A stretch of DNA of 64,000 nt from Chara braunii (taxonomy: Eukaryota > Plantae > Charophyceae): positions 2,036,047 to 2,100,046 of the forward strand of contig BFEA01000021.1 of the NCBI GenBank assembly GCA_003427395.1, read 5' to 3'. Of this stretch, positions 35,156-49,809 are shown piece after piece. The notes beneath the pieces were generated by a model, which was not told the origin of the DNA, searched no databases, and worked only from the letters and a program-made list of their open reading frames with translations. The position numbers were made by a program, and so were the translations under genes. How positions within the stretch are numbered: position 1 is the stretch's first letter; each line of letters starts with the position of its first letter.

Positions 35156-38100
35156 CTAAATCCCTCCGTCCACCGCCTCCAGCCATCTACCCAGCACCAA
35201 ACTTCCCTCTGAGGAGATGTGTGCCAGACCTAACCCCCAAGTGCGACAGAACCAATCCCTGCCCTGGGGAGAACCCCTTCGGATCACCTTCCGAGACCAG
35301 TCAGCTCTGACAGCTGTCGCCAACAGTTTCTTAAAGAGTCCTTCCGCCGCCTTTTCCTGCAAGCTCTCACCTTTGAAGCGAAGACTATTTCTATCCACCC
35401 AGATGATCCAGAACATTATGCCCCTGCCCACCTGTGCAACGTAAGCCCATCCTTCCGAGGAACTGTGATTCTGCGGAATGCAACCTGTAAGTACCCACCT
35501 CTGCCCAACCAGGTCCGCCACTCCCGCAAATCTCTTCCAATGATGTTCCCACCACCTCCACCACTTCCTTGACCTCGGGCAGTCCCACCAAAGGTGCTGC
35601 ATCGTCTCAGTGGCCTCTGAGCACCTGTCACAGACTGTTCTCACCTCCATACCTTTCTCCGACAACCACTGGGCGGTAGGAACCGCTAGGTGTGACTGCA
35701 ACCATAAAAGTGAGGCAATTTTTTGGGAAGGAAGCAGCTGCAGTTGCGTGCATAACTTGGTAAGCTCCCGCTCAGAGGGTCGAGCCAATTGCAAGTCGTT
35801 TCGGTCCCAGCGTTCTCCAATCTTTTTGCAAACTGACCCGGAATCCGTCCTCCGTTTAAGAATCAAGCTGGTGTTCAACTTTTCCAAGCCCATAACTGTT
35901 CTCTCCCCCACCTGCCAGCCCCATACCGCTGGGTCAATCCTCATGTGGTGCAACCCTGTGCCATTGCCTACCAGAGAAGGGGCCGGCGGAAGTCCCTCAT
36001 CACTTGGGGGGGACAGTCTCACACGAATTTCCTTCAAGCCAGAAAGACCATATTGCTGCCTCATTCCCACCCTTTCCAGAACTGGGAGGGAGGGAAAGGC
36101 ACGCCTATAAGTTTCCAGCCAGCATTTACCCGGGCATTCTTCAGACCAACTTTCAAGTCTGCAAAATTGTTCCATTTCTTCAAATACTGTGACGAATCAG
36201 GTGCCTGGTGGATCAACGCCTTCCGGCCCAAGAAGCTTCTTCCAGTCCTCTGGGATTGCCTGCAGCAGCAACCCCAGCCGGCTCTCCTGATTTGGAAGAT
36301 GACCCAGGATTTCTCTCATTTGAGCCGGACACCTCCATTGATTGCTGTACTCATCCCAGAGGTCCCCCACCTTCCCGACTCCCTTCTGCAGCCAGCTCTG
36401 ACCAAAATTACCTGGCTGCCTTTCCAATGAAAACCAGTCACCTCCTGAATCCCTTATCCAAGGGTTTTCAAACAGGGGCTGTCTTCTGACCTCCTCTTTG
36501 GACAATGGTGGCCAGATGAGCGTTGGCCTACACTTCTTCCATGCTTGCAAGACCTCCCTCCAAAATTTTGAATGTGGTCTTTTGCGAGAATATGTGTCCG
36601 TCATCAAGGCGACCCAAGTATCTACAGGGCACACCAGACCCCATTCCTTGGAAAGCAGGGTCTCTGCCAACATAACCCAATCCGTCTCCTCCTCCGCCTC
36701 AGCCACCCGGAGCACCCATTTAGCAAGAAGGGACGTGTTCTGCGCTGCCGGATCCAGCAGAGCTAAGCCCCCCTCATTCCGAGGTCTGCACAGCACGTCC
36801 CAGGCCACCTTGCATAAGTATCCCTCCCTCTCACCTCCTGAGGGTTTCCAAATAAATTTACGGGCAGCTCCTTTTACTATTTTCAGCATGGGAGGCGACA
36901 ACCTGCGGACTGTTGCCACGTACCAAAGGAGTGCAAAGGCCGAAACCANCACAGCCAAGACCCTCCCAATCAATGAGAGGTGAAAAGCGGGGCCCCAGCT
37001 CTTTATCCTTCTNCANACCNTCTCTTGCAGGATCACGTCCTGAGAGGACGAGCAATCCCCCAATGCCACCTGTACACCTAAAAAGCGTTCTGCTTGATCC
37101 GCCTCCACCCTTGCCATACCCCATTGGACTGCAGGAAGATACTTCTTTGGAAGAAAAAAGGTGGACTTTCTCCAGTTGACTGCTGCTTCAGAAAGTTGTG
37201 CGAACTCCACAAGGCATGATTTCAAGGCTTCTAAGGATGGAGTCTGGTTCACCGAGATGACGAACAGGTCATCGGCCAATGCCTTGACCTTACTGTCCCC
37301 TCCGCCCGAGCGATTTAGACCATGTATCTCCGGATGACCACGGATGTTGCAGAGAAGCGGCTCCAAGTGGAGGACAAACAGGAGCGGAGCTAATGGACAC
37401 CCCTGACACAGCGACCTTCTGAGGTCGAACTCCTCTGAGACCATTCCATTCACACAGACTGCTGCCGTTGCGTTTCCGTACATAACCTTAACCCACCTAC
37501 AAAAGGATTCACCAAATCCCATAACCCGGAGGGTGGTAAGTACGAACATCCAATTAACCCTGTCGTAGGCCTTTTCGAGGTCCAAAAACAACACTGTCAC
37601 GTCCAATTCATCCCTCCCGATGAGCTCCAAAGCCTCTATTGCTGTCACAACATTCTCAAAGATAGATCGGCCCCTTACGAATGCGCCCTGGTCTCGCTGT
37701 ACCAAACCTGGTAGGTAGTGTCCCAGTCTGTTGGCCAAAAGCTTGGCCAGCAGTTTGTACACCACGTTCAGCAGCGAAATGGGTCTCCAATTCCTTNTGT
37801 CGCTTATGTCCCCCTTCTTAAACAGCAAGGAAATGATCCCCCTTGTCATGGTCTTGCCGAGCCTCCCTCCGTCCCGAATCTCGTTAAACAATGACACTAA
37901 GTCCCCAACCAGCACCTCCCAACATGCCGCAAGAAAATCAACCGGCAACCCATCATCCCCCAGCGCTTTACCTCGGTCCATACACTTGAGGGTGACAATG
38001 AGTTCCTCCTCCGTGATCGGCCTATCCATCAACAGCCTCCCCTCTAGAGGTAGACTGCAATCCAGGTTATTCCACACAGGGGACTCATCTGCCATGTTGT

Positions 38101-39511
38101 CATCCAAGCTGTCGTAGGGTCTTTTTGTCGTCAAGATATCCTGAAAATAGTCCACTGCGTACGAGCACATTTCTTTGTTATCCACTGCAGTTGGTTTCCC
38201 CAAGAGGTACGGGTGCTTTAGTTCTCTCATCCTAACCGCTGTGTTACGTGGCAACAGACGTTTGGAAGCTTCTTTCAAGAGTCGATCTGACGTAACAATC
38301 CCTTTTACTTCCAAAATCTTCGCCCTCCATTCCTCCTTCTTGATTTGGAACTCCTCCCACTCCTGCAGTCTGTGCGTCCTCTCTTCTGACCAACAGAGAT
38401 CTGAGATGAGGTTATCCCCCAGTTTGCCTTCCGCCTCCTCCACCCGCACACGTAATTTCTTTTCCTCTTTGTTACCAAGAAAGGCTGAGATACGTGAGAA
38501 GGAGTCCAACTTGAGAGATACAATCCGCAGGCCCGCATCCACCCACTCCGCCGTGCTCATAAACAGCTGCTTGGCTGATCTCCAATCCACCTAGAAGCTC
38601 TCGACCCATGCCGTGATCCCTGTGTCTGAAAGCAGCGAGGCGTTAAGGCGGAAGTGCCCTGGGCCTCTTTCCCCCACTTCCGCAACTGAACACTTCATGA
38701 CCACCGGTTTATGGTCTGACAGCGCCACATTCAGGACCTCGATATCCATGACGTCCCCTCTGGCCTCTTCTGAGACCAAGAAGAAATCGATCCTTCTTTT
38801 GATGCCGGCCTGCTGGGCAGTCTGACCAAACCATGTGTAACCCGGCTTCTGGGGATACAGTTCCCTATACACATCTCGCAGACCCCACTGCTCCATCCAA
38901 CTCAGAAGACGGGATCTATCCCCAGACCAACCAGCATCCGACTCTGAGTCCAATCCTGGGGCACAAACAACGTTCCAATCACCCCCCACAACCAGGTGAT
39001 TCGACTTCGGCAACACATGCGGCAGCAAATCAAAGAACACAGTCCTACCTCCAACGTCATTCGGAGCATATACTGTGGCAAAGACCCACTCAGTCCCTCC
39101 AATCAGCAACTTAATCCAGCACCAGCGTCCCCATGCGTCGCTGTCGTAGTCCAGAAACTGGGCTTCCACTCGCGTATGTACCAAAATCGCCACGCCTCCT
39201 CTGGAACCTCGACCAGGGGACCATAACTGGGTTCCCTCCCACCAATCCCTGAATTGGGCCAATTTAGCTTCCGATAGCTTGGTCTCTTGCATCATGATCA
39301 CATCCAATCTCTCCTGGTGCACCCACGCCTTGAAACGCCTTCCTTTCCAACGTCCTCCACTGTCGCCCAGGCCCCGAACATTTCTGGTGGCAATTCGCAA
39401 CCTACCCATTGACGTTCCAGCCGTTGGACGCAGATTGGATTCCTGCTGGGTGGGGGTTTTCCGTACGCGTGCCTTCTTCCCCCGAAGCATCCATGTCTGC
39501 CTAGTCAACAC
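35156..39511 (-). pseudogene. LINE B ORF2 (APE, RT, zinc finger), few lesions
   Basis: NVRGL, QETKL, GGDWN, RIDF, SDH, NWRPISLL, DLEKAYDRV, QGCPLAP, ALADD, CDRC..HLWWDC. Confidence 0.95.
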
Positions 39512-41803
39512 TTAAGCAGCGTAGGAAAGGCGCGGAAGTCAAGTTGCACGTACGAGGCATGCTCGGGTGTAAGTTAGCCAGGAACGTCGCGGCTACTCCT
39601 GGGCCTACCAGGATTTGAGACAGGATATCGTCTGACGCTTGAATCAATGCTTCCAAGGGGAACGAATCCAGCCCGACTGAGTGCAGACCTGCCCACTGTT
39701 CCGGAGTGAACCTAGCATCGATAAACACTATAGTGTACAGAATCACTTTATCATCATCCAGAACAACTCTCGTTTTCGGCATATAAAATTCTGGAAAAAT
39801 TTGAAATTGAAGCCTATCTGCAAACAGATATCTAACTCTCTCAGTAATAAGAGCTGGCATCGGAAGTTCGGAGAGTCCAACCGCAGGGAGCGACAGGTTT
39901 GCCTCTCTATCCAGTAGACCTACCACATGGATCTGTTTTTTTTGTAGTGAACAAACCAGCGGAAGCAACCTATTATCCTCATGCTCTCTAAGCGCATGTC
40001 CCGGCCCATCTGTGCCTGTCGGTACATCTCGGAGAGGAATCCTCATTACTGAGTCAGCATCTGAGCTTCTTGGCGACCCCCCCTGACCATCACTTTCTTC
40101 TTCATCTACTACGTCCGGATCATCCTCCACCTGGTAGCTTGATGCTCCTGAGGAGGAGGGTTTGAACGTGATCCACCCGCTCGACCTGTGTCCCCTAATC
40201 CACCCCTGGCAGGAAGCATCCCCGGTTGGACATTAATATCGTCAAAATTAGGACTATGAAAAGGAACCTGGCCCCCTCTGAGTATGCCTTGGTGGAGGAA
40301 TCCCATGTCCGCAAAGTTGACTCCGAATGGATGGTAGCCGTAGCTCTGCCACTGAGTCAGGCCCCATCTTGGCATATATGGCTGGAATGCGTTCTCGGCA
40401 CCTGTAAACATCATCCCTGCTGCTGAAGGCTGACTTGCATGAACCAACGCCGACGGTGGTCTCGAAGCTACCACTTGCCCTCTCGCTCGTCCGCTGTATA
40501 CTTGCATGGGGGCCGGCCTTCTCCCATCACCAGAGATCGGGCCACTACTCTCCGCCCCACTTCTCATACCACTTGGCTGAAGAGGCTCTCGAACACCCCT
40601 TACATCGCCACTTACTGCCCCTCGGCTTGTGCCTGTTGCCCTTGCTGACGGCTGAGCAGGGCCCCCGCTCGGGGCCGGTCTCGCCTCTTGCCTAGTTGCC
40701 AATCGAAGCTCCCTGTTGTCCTCTGATCTTCGCGTGCGATCCGGTCGGCTAGGTCCCGGGCGCTGCCCCTGTCCATTCGAACCGCCAGCCAGGTCCTCGT
40801 CTGCCCTAGGGCAACCATCATCTGCCGTGTGAAACCACCACTTGCACCTTTCACGCCAGGGGGTGTGCTTGCACACAAACTTGATCCGCAGCACTTCTTG
40901 TCCAAGCCTGATTGAGAGTTCGGGTTCAAAATTACCCTCTGCTTCTTTCACCAGATCGAATTTAAGATTCATTAGCTTGGGTCTTGTTCGATCTTGTTCC
41001 GGCGGTTGACTATTGATTACGTGTCCCATCGCAGTTTCCACCATGCTTTCCACGTGGAACATAGCTCTCAACGGAACTCTAATAGCCATTACCCAAAATT
41101 TTGTTTCATCTTCAAGCCGTCTTCGTTCATCGAGTTCCGTCCGGGTGAGCCAGGGTTTGAAGAGCATCCCATACTCTACGCCCCTGATCGTCACTGAGTC
41201 CTCCGCCTTAGCCACCAACCATTGCGCTATCTCCCTTGATCTAGCCACATAGGAGACCACGTTAGGCCCTTCCGAATGAACTCTACCCCTCTTCGTATTT
41301 CGATCGAAGATTCCCTGCCTGTACCAGCCATTTTCGTAGGCTCTTATCAGATCCTCTCTCACCCTCATCGGCAGATCCCTGGCTTCTCCCTGAAATATTA
41401 TCATTACCGTTCTCTCCTTTAGCCAATTCGTCGTCAGTTCATCCAGCCGCGCATTGACTACGAAGGTGCGGACACCGCCCTCCACCACCCACTCCCCATG
41501 TCGGAATTTTTCCGGAAGCAAACCATCATCGTAACACTTTGAGATAAGCAGCCTCATTCGATCTTCATCGGACAAGGGCACGTCCGCACGTCCAGGCGGC
41601 GAGCGATCATGCCCCCCCTGTTGGCCTGACGGGACTCCTTGTTCCGCCATAAGCCGATGCCCGCTGCCACCCGAGTCCTTCCCCTCTACTTCGCTTCCCT
41701 TCGATGCTCCAGCTACTTCTTGTCTTCTCCCCTCTTTAACTACCGGGATCCAGGCCCAGCCAGGCCAAGTGGCCAACCTTCGTATGCCTTCCGTATCCCA
41801 CAA
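39501..41803 (-). pseudogene. LINE B ORF1 (564 aa) plus a frameshifted 209-aa C-terminal Nudix-like domain
   Basis: Overlapping ORFs 41803-40109 and 40130-39501; degenerate knuckle RERCKWWFHTADDGC; lies upstream of ORF2. Confidence 0.8.
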
Positions 41804-43650
41804 TCTTACTTGACTCCGCTCCTGCTCTTTACTCTCAATTACACCTTCCTCCAGACCAACTTTGACGCATCAACGGCGGGCGCCAACAACGGCGCACGCC
41901 CACCTTAAACCCTCATGCCCGCAAATTCCCCACGCGGTCTTTCTGCACACACCAATCGCACTCCCTCACTGAAGTGGTGTAGGGGGACAGCCACCCGGCC
42001 GTCCTTCACTGAAGTTTTCTCGGAAACTACCGAGCTCGACGACCGAATTCGCCATAGGCATCATGTTGACGTCAACCGGCGATGGCTGAACCAGTGCTAC
42101 CTGGAGGTACGGGTTTAGAGCGGACTCAAGGCCCGGGGGGGTACGGCGGTTGGCGCTGGACGCTCTAAACCCATAGAGATGTTTTGTTGGATGTTGCTTG
42201 CTGTGAAGTCTTTCTTTTTGTCAGTAAAAGATATGATGGCAGATTTCAAAAATGGTAAGGGAAAAAAAATATTAAAAAAAATGGTAAGGGGGTGTGGATT
42301 CTAAGGGCGTACTCACACAGCGGTGGCAGTCTAGCAAAATCTGCTGGATTTTCTTTCCCATGTTTGCTGAAATAATACCCCACCCGGTCACACATGGGTT
42401 GCAAATCAGAAAGGACACGAGCGGGACTCTCTGGCAATTGCAAAATTGGTGCCTCTCATGGTCGCAAAGCATGGAAAGTTTCTTTTAACAATTCCCAAAA
42501 GGCAAAAGAGAATTTGTCACAGCCAAAAGAGAATTTGCCACCACCTCTCCAGGTGGTAGCAAAATGCCCATCCCCGCGGCCCCCCAGGCCGCTGACAAAT
42601 GCTACCCCGTTTGCAACTTTGGTGGCCGGAAAACCCTAGTGTGACTCTAACAGCATAGCGGATTTTGCGATTTAGCCAAAAAAACCACTAGTGTGAGTAT
42701 GCCCTAAATGATGGAAAAGGTCATTAGAATCTGGACATTCAGTTTTTTTTTTTTTTTTTTTGAAGTCCATGGTGTTCAGTTTCTTTTTCTTAGCCTTTTT
42801 AAACACTTTCTCGTATGGTTATGAAACATGTGGAAGTCGGGCGGGGCTCTGTGCTCCGAGTGGGGTAAAACAACCCAATTGCCCCTAGGTTGTTTGCCTT
42901 GGGCACTGGGGGCCCATAATAAAGCCAACCAAGTCTCCAAAAAAAAAAAGAAGGGCCAAGTACCAAAAAAAAAAAAAAAAAAAAAAAAACCATTGGAGTC
43001 ACACCCAACATTCAGAATAGGCAACTTTTTAGCAGTTCCGGAAAAGGAGCAAAAAAGGGGACCCTCAATCTGCCAAGCACCACTGCGAGTACTGACTGGT
43101 GCAGTTTTAGACCTCCGCTAAACTTGCACATTTTGAAACTCACACCATGACACGGCCCCACCTTCAAACTAAAACTAAAAGTCTAAAAGTGTGTTACAGC
43201 CGCAGTTTCCCCCCAAAAATAGATATTTGCAATGCTGGCAGGACCATCTCAAGAAAAAAAAAAAAAAAAAGACTTGGTAAAGTGCTGCTTGTAAATGAGT
43301 AGCCTAGCAATAGGTTAGCAGTTAACCAACTGACGCCGGTTTGTGTGTTGGAACACAACAAAGCTACAGACCATACTGTACACAGGTCCCTGCTTTTAAT
43401 CTGCCAATTGACCCCAGAGATTGGGAGTGGAAACATCCGTTGCGAAATGAACTGGTGAGCCTATCAGAATACACTACAAAAATGGGATACTTAATAATGA
43501 CACCACGAACAGACATCAATTGGGCTGTAGCCAGAAGATGGATGGCGACAGGATGGATTGAGGACTCTCTGACAAGGTTGTCTGCGGCCCTTTCAACTTT
43601 TTGGAAACTGTTGATGGACCTGGTCGTAAGAGAGCATGCGAGCCTGCTCT

Positions 43651-45021
43651 TGTGACGCCCAACCTCACGCCCGACGCGACTTTTTGATCGGAGTGGGATG
43701 CGGGCCTGGAAGTGCGAGAAGGGGTGTGCCAAGGATTTTTGGGGAAAGTGGGGTTGGAGTCCCAGGTCGGAACTGAGATCTCCTGTGGCAAAGTTTCAGG
43801 GGCATATATGCAATAGAGCTAAGGGGGCGAGTTACTTCCGGTCTGATGGCGGTCGAGGTCGTGCAGCATAAGGCAGATGGCATGCGAGGTGCATTCAAGG
43901 CCGTCCGATCCGTCTGTTTTGGTGGCGGCGGTTTGGGGAGAGGCCCGCCCGGGATGGTTGTGATTCCGATGAGTCGGACCTTCGGGTGCAGACACGTGGC
44001 GTCTGTCGTCGCGCGTTTTGGTTAGGCCCCGTAGTTTCATAGGCTCGTCGGTCGCCGCGTCATCGACAATTTCCGCAAGGCGTCCGGGGCCAATACGGGG
44101 CGATGGAATTCCACGGAACCACTGTGAGTTGGTGATATGGAAGGAGGAGACGGAAGGGAGGGAAATTGGTAGTGATAACGACGAAGCCGGGGGATATGGA
44201 GTATTGCATGTTATCCGTAGTGGGAAAATCGGGGCACCTCGGGTCGCTGGTAACGGCACAATGAAACTCCCTGGGGCACAATCGATTCTCGGTTAGGCAG
44301 GGGAATTTCGGGTATCTTTGCCTAATACATTCTCTCACCCAAGGGTCGAAGTACTCCGAGTCCCAGGAGCTCGGCATCTTGTCATTGCGGGATAGAAAAT
44401 TCCCGCGTGCTCGATACCGGAGATGTCAAGTTCGTCAACGTTCGCGAATCGGCGCGCGTGGATACGTGTAGGCTGCGCAAATAGAATAGCACTTACACGT
44501 ATCCCCGCGAGGTATTCGCCTGTTTCTGAGAGAATGAGAGCCTAATCCCATATGCAAAATCGCCATGCACCGTAAACAACTACCCAATCATCTAATCATT
44601 CCGTGATCCCGCAAGCAATCATTCCCAAGCATGCAAGGTGTTAACACACATCAGACATCACAGCAACATCAGAACAACAACTAATCAAAGTGATAAGCAA
44701 TAATGGATGCAATAATGACGACTATGCAAAAATTTCTACCAGGCTTGTGGGTGACACTGGGTGTATCATAATGGCAGGCAAAGACAATGACCAGACAAAA
44801 GAAAAACAACAGACATAACATTCATTCATTCATTATTCGACAGAACATACGATAGTTGAGATCAAGATCAATCGCAAAGCAAGGGTGGGCTGAAACCGAG
44901 GCAAAGATTCTGAAAACAAGAGGAAACGGGCAAGTCGCCCTGAGCCGGGATCAAAATTTATATACAAAAGCAAAGAGGGAGACAAGACAAAGAAAATGGC
45001 AACTCCGCGTCCATCAACCTC

Positions 45022-45074
<53 letters not shown>

Positions 45075-46290
45075 NNNNNNNNNNNNNNNNNNNNNNNNNN
45101 NNNNNNNNNNNNNNNNNNNNNNNNNNNNNNNNNNNNNNNNNNNNNNNNNNNNNNNNNNNNNNNNNNNNNNNNNNNNNNNNNNNNNNNNNNNNNNNNNNNN
45201 NNNNNNNNNNNNNNNNNNNNNNNNNNNNNNNNNNNNNNNNNNNNNNNNNNNNATGCGGAAAGTCCGTCGTCACGCACCAACCCACGAAGTCATCACCTCG
45301 CTTAGTCCACCTGCACCCGTCAGGTTCGCCCTCGCGCTACAGTCCGTCATAGCCCCACGCGTCCACCCCGAGCATTCGGCACCAGCCCGTCGGGTCGCCC
45401 GACTCCTACTTCAACTCACCTCTTACTTTGCCCGTGAGCCGACCCTCACTGATCGCACTACCCCGAGCTTCCAACAACTGGTTAAGAGAGCTATCTAATC
45501 GCGCAGCCGGAATTTATAACGTGCATGCATGCGCGAAGAACATGAAATTATAAGGACTTAGAAGGAAGATTAGGAGAGGGAGCGCCTACGTTCTGCATGG
45601 CCAGACCGCGGTGTGGGGGACATAGCCACTCTCCCCACATCGATCCGAGCATGCTGGCCACGGGGCTAACTAGGCACAGCAAAAGAGAAAGAGAGAGCGG
45701 GAAAGACGAAGCTCAAGAAGAAAGATACAGTTACAATGACGCCTACCAAAAATTTCAGTTACTTGCAAGATTAAGGGCGCCGACTAATCAGAGTTCCGTT
45801 CCAGCCGCAAAAAGAAGCGCGCAAGAAAGACAACGTGCGGCAAAAGAAATCCCGAATTCCAAAATTCCTAAATTCCTAAATTTATTGCAAAAAGAAATAA
45901 AACGCAAATTTTGAGAAGAAAGTCCGAAATTCCGAAAGCTGTCAAGGCTCGACAAGATTCAAAAAAGAAATTAAAAAAGAACGAAGCAAAATTCCCGCGC
46001 GACCTCCGCGCCTAAGACCCGACAACAGAACAAGAAAGAAGCGACGTCAAACATTATTATTCGCGCCTTTGTCGGCGCGACAGCCACTCAATCGGCCATC
46101 TCGAGACTTGCACGGCCCTGAACCTAGCCACCCGAAAAGAAGCGACGAAAGAGAAAAGACGAAAAAACGAGGACACCGATGCAATTTCCCTTCGATCCCG
46201 ATCTCCCGTAATTGGCCCATCCTTCCCATCTCATGACCCCTCATTGTCATCGCACAGAAAATCGCGCAGAACAGAAATTGGTTCGTCACA
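43651..46290. mobile_element. Probable solo LTR (~2.6 kb, contains an assembly gap)
   Basis: TGTGACG...CGTCACA termini; 4-bp TSD CTCT; removing it restores the LINE F reading frame. Confidence 0.85.
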
Positions 46291-47383
46291 CTCTGGCTCT
46301 TGATGCACTTAGCACTCCCGGTCAACACTTGGTGTGCTAAAGAACCGCGAAGGCTGTATCTGAATGTCAAATATGCCCAGGAACCCGAATGGAAGATATT
46401 CAACACTTTATGCTGCAATGTGAACTCTCCAGACCCTTTTGGGAATGGTGGAGACAATCGGATGTCCCGATTCCGGGAGCGGACACCCGTTGGGGGGACA
46501 ACTATATCCTCATGGGGACGGCAGTTAGGAGAACTGCGATACAGGTACAATTTGCCCATGCGGAAGAGACAATCAGAGGTGCCATCCTGTGGACCCTATG
46601 GAACCTCCGAAATGTGAGAGTGCGGAAGAAGGAACACCTTACACCACCAATGGTGAGGGCCGAAATTAAATACGCTATCAAGCAGGCTATCTCGGCAGAT
46701 TGGGAGTACCGGGTGCAAAAAAAGAGTTTCTCAGCAAAGGCTATCAAGTGGTTTTGTTGCAGATGGGATGCTTTCTCGGGCCTGGCTAGAGTGGACACTC
46801 AGCTGGACAGCCCACCGATGTTGTGATTCTCTACCTTCTTTGTATAATATGTTGTATGAGACCTTTAGAGTTCTTTTTAGTACATAGTGAGAATGGTTAG
46901 CACAATAGTTCACAGCTTGTGTAACAAAGTTGTGTGCAACAAAGGTGTGAGAGAACAGTTGGGTGAATCTCTGGGTATGTAGTTGGCGGTACTTTGAATG
47001 AAACATTGAGAAAGATAACGAATGCCCAAAAAATGAGCGTAAACTGAAAATCAAGGGACTTGTTACCCCGCACCCCGACGATGAGGAGAAATGGTATCCA
47101 GAGGAGAAGGAACTCCAGGGCTGGATGTTCAGGGCGTATGCAGACGGTCGCCCGGGCCAGTGGATATGGCAGGGGAGGGGCAAGCCCGCAGCGTCTCCTT
47201 CAGGCGCCGAGCTGGTCATCCCTGTGATTCGCAAACAAAAAGGCAAACAACAGGAAACCCACGGTACGGGCAAAACCCGAAACAACCAGCAGAATACCAC
47301 AGATGGGGAAAGCAAGCACAGGCCGGTGAAAGACGATGGGGGTGACAAACAGCATATGCAACCACCACCGCACCAGAAAATCC

Positions 47384-47421
47384 CTGTCTCTTATACACAT
47401 CTAGATGTGTATAAGAGACAG
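47384..47421. other. Nextera mate-pair junction adapter (artefact)
   Basis: Exact 38-mer. Confidence 0.98.
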
Positions 47422-47620
47422 GGCAAGCACAGTCTGTCAGACGACGAGGGTGACAAACAGCATATGCAACCACCACCGCACCAGAAAATCCAGGGTGCGG
47501 ACAAAACCCCGAACAACCAGCAGGATACCACACATGGGGGTGGCAAGCACAGTCTGTCAAAAAATGATGCTGGTGACAAATAGCACAAACAACCAGCACC
47601 GCACGCTCACCCGCCTGTGA

Positions 47621-47658
47621 CTGTCTCTTATACACATCTAGATGTGTATAAGAGACAG
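47621..47658. other. Nextera mate-pair junction adapter (artefact)
   Basis: Exact 38-mer. Confidence 0.98.
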
Positions 47659-49809
47659 GCACCAGAAAATCCAGGGTGCGGACAAAACCCCGAACAACCA
47701 GCAGGATACCACACATGGGGGTGGCAAGCACAGTCTGTCAAAAAATGATGCTGGTGACAAATAGCACAAACAACCAGCACCGCACGCTCACCCGCCTGTG
47801 TCATCCAAGCCACTGGTGACTCCCCCACACCAGACGTATAAGCCAAAATCTATGACAACGCCGGGTGATGCGAACCACCACAAAAGATATACGGAAGGGT
47901 TGTCCCCCGGCAAGCACAAGACCACACCCACCGACCTCACCTTGCAGCAAAACCTGCTCGTGCAGCAGGAACAAGACTCCGCCCAGGCAAACAAGGATGG
48001 GGTAGTGCACCAACACATAACTACCTCTCGATCCGGGGAGACAATACCACAGCATCAGGCGGGTGTCGATGGAGCACATGGAACAGATGCTGCCCCGCCA
48101 CAGCACCAATCCGACGGAACACAGGTGGGAGCGCATGGAACTGCTGCTGCCCTTCCATAGCACCAATCCAAGGGAACGGGCTGTGCCTCTGAGTCCGGAG
48201 GTGCACTGCCTCCTGCACCTCCCCTGCCCTCCAACAGCTTGGGGACAGCCCACCTCACACGGGACATAGCCCGGCCCCAGCAGCAGGAATGGCAGATCTC
48301 AAAGGCTCAGACTAAAGGGGAGGCGAACTCCCCCACACCCACAGCCCTGACCTTGCAGCAAAACCTGCTCTTGCAGCAGGAAAAAGACTCCCCCCTGGCA
48401 AAGAAGGATGAGACAGTGCAACCACACATAACTACTACACGATCCGGGGAGGCGATACCACAGCATCAGGTGGGTGTCGATGGAGCACATGGAACAGACG
48501 CTGCCCCGCCACAACACCAATCCGAGGGAACACAGGTGGGAGCGCATGGAACTGCTGCAACCCCCCCACAACACCAATCCAAGGGAACGCGTTGTGCCCC
48601 TCAGTCCGGAGGTGCACTGCATTCTGCACCCCCCCTGGCCTCCAAGAACTCAGAGATAACCCACCTCGCACGGGACATAGCCCGGCCCCAGCAGCAGGAG
48701 TGGCAGATCTCAAAGGCACAGACTGATGGGGCGGCAAATTACAAACCTCGGGCTACGGAAGCAACTTCCAAGGACGACGCAGGCAAAGGATCCAAACCCA
48801 GGGAGGTGTGGCTCAAAGCCAACTCCCTGCTTAACAAACTCAAAGAAGATGCCTTCCCCCAGCACCCGGAGCCCCCGCCGCCCCAACACCAGCAGCGCCG
48901 TTTGCAAACAAACCCCCAAGAAGAGAACGGAGGGGCGTATACACCCCAACTGAGGACGGAGAAACAAGGGGACCTGCATGATCAGTCGCCAGGCCCTGGC
49001 CGCCCTGTCGCAAGGATGGTCATCTCTCAAGTAACGGGGGAAGCCAAATTTCTACCTCCTGATCTGCCTCGGAATCCGAAGCAGGAATTGCGGCGAATTC
49101 GGGAGCTGGAACTTGAACATGATGCTGTAACTGGACATCGCCCCCAACAAGTGCAAGAGATCGAGCCTGAGGACCAATCCGCACAACAGCAAGGCTCGAT
49201 GCTGCCACAACCACGCCACCAACAACCACTCAGCAACCTCATCTGCAACTGCAACACACGACGTTGCAGCCACCAAACGGCCTAATGCAGCAACAGCAGC
49301 ACCAAGTTCGGGACCGCCCGCAGCAGATGCAGCACCGACCAGACCCTCACATAGAGCACATGCAGCTCTCACAACTCCAACTGCAATCAACGCAGCGACC
49401 GCAGCACCAGCCACCCCAACATGTACAAGACATTAAGCCTGAGGATTATTCCTCACAACAGCAATGCCCGAGGCTGCCACAGCCAGGCCCCCAACAGCCA
49501 CTCCAGCAACCCCAACTGCAGGTGCTGCACACGACGTTGCAGCCACAAAACGGCCTGATGCAGCAACAGCAGCACCAAGTTCTGGACCACTCGCAGCAGA
49601 TGGAGCACCAACCAGACCCACAACTCCAACTGCATGCAATGCACCAACCGCAGCACCAGACTCACGTCCTGCCACAGCAGATACAACAACAGTGGATGCT
49701 ACAACATCTTCAGCAGGCAGCCCAGCAGGAACAAACGCTGACACATCAACAACAGCAACATCAGCTGCATCAACAACAACAGGTCCAGATGATGGCAGCC
49801 CCACATCTC

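Larger units (their letters stand above)
34576..42173 (-). mobile_element. LINE B: apparently full-length L1/Tx1-like element (7.6 kb)
   Basis: TSD TAGAGAT at 34569-34575 and 42174-42180; A-rich tail 34576-34625; ORF1 and ORF2. Confidence 0.9.
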
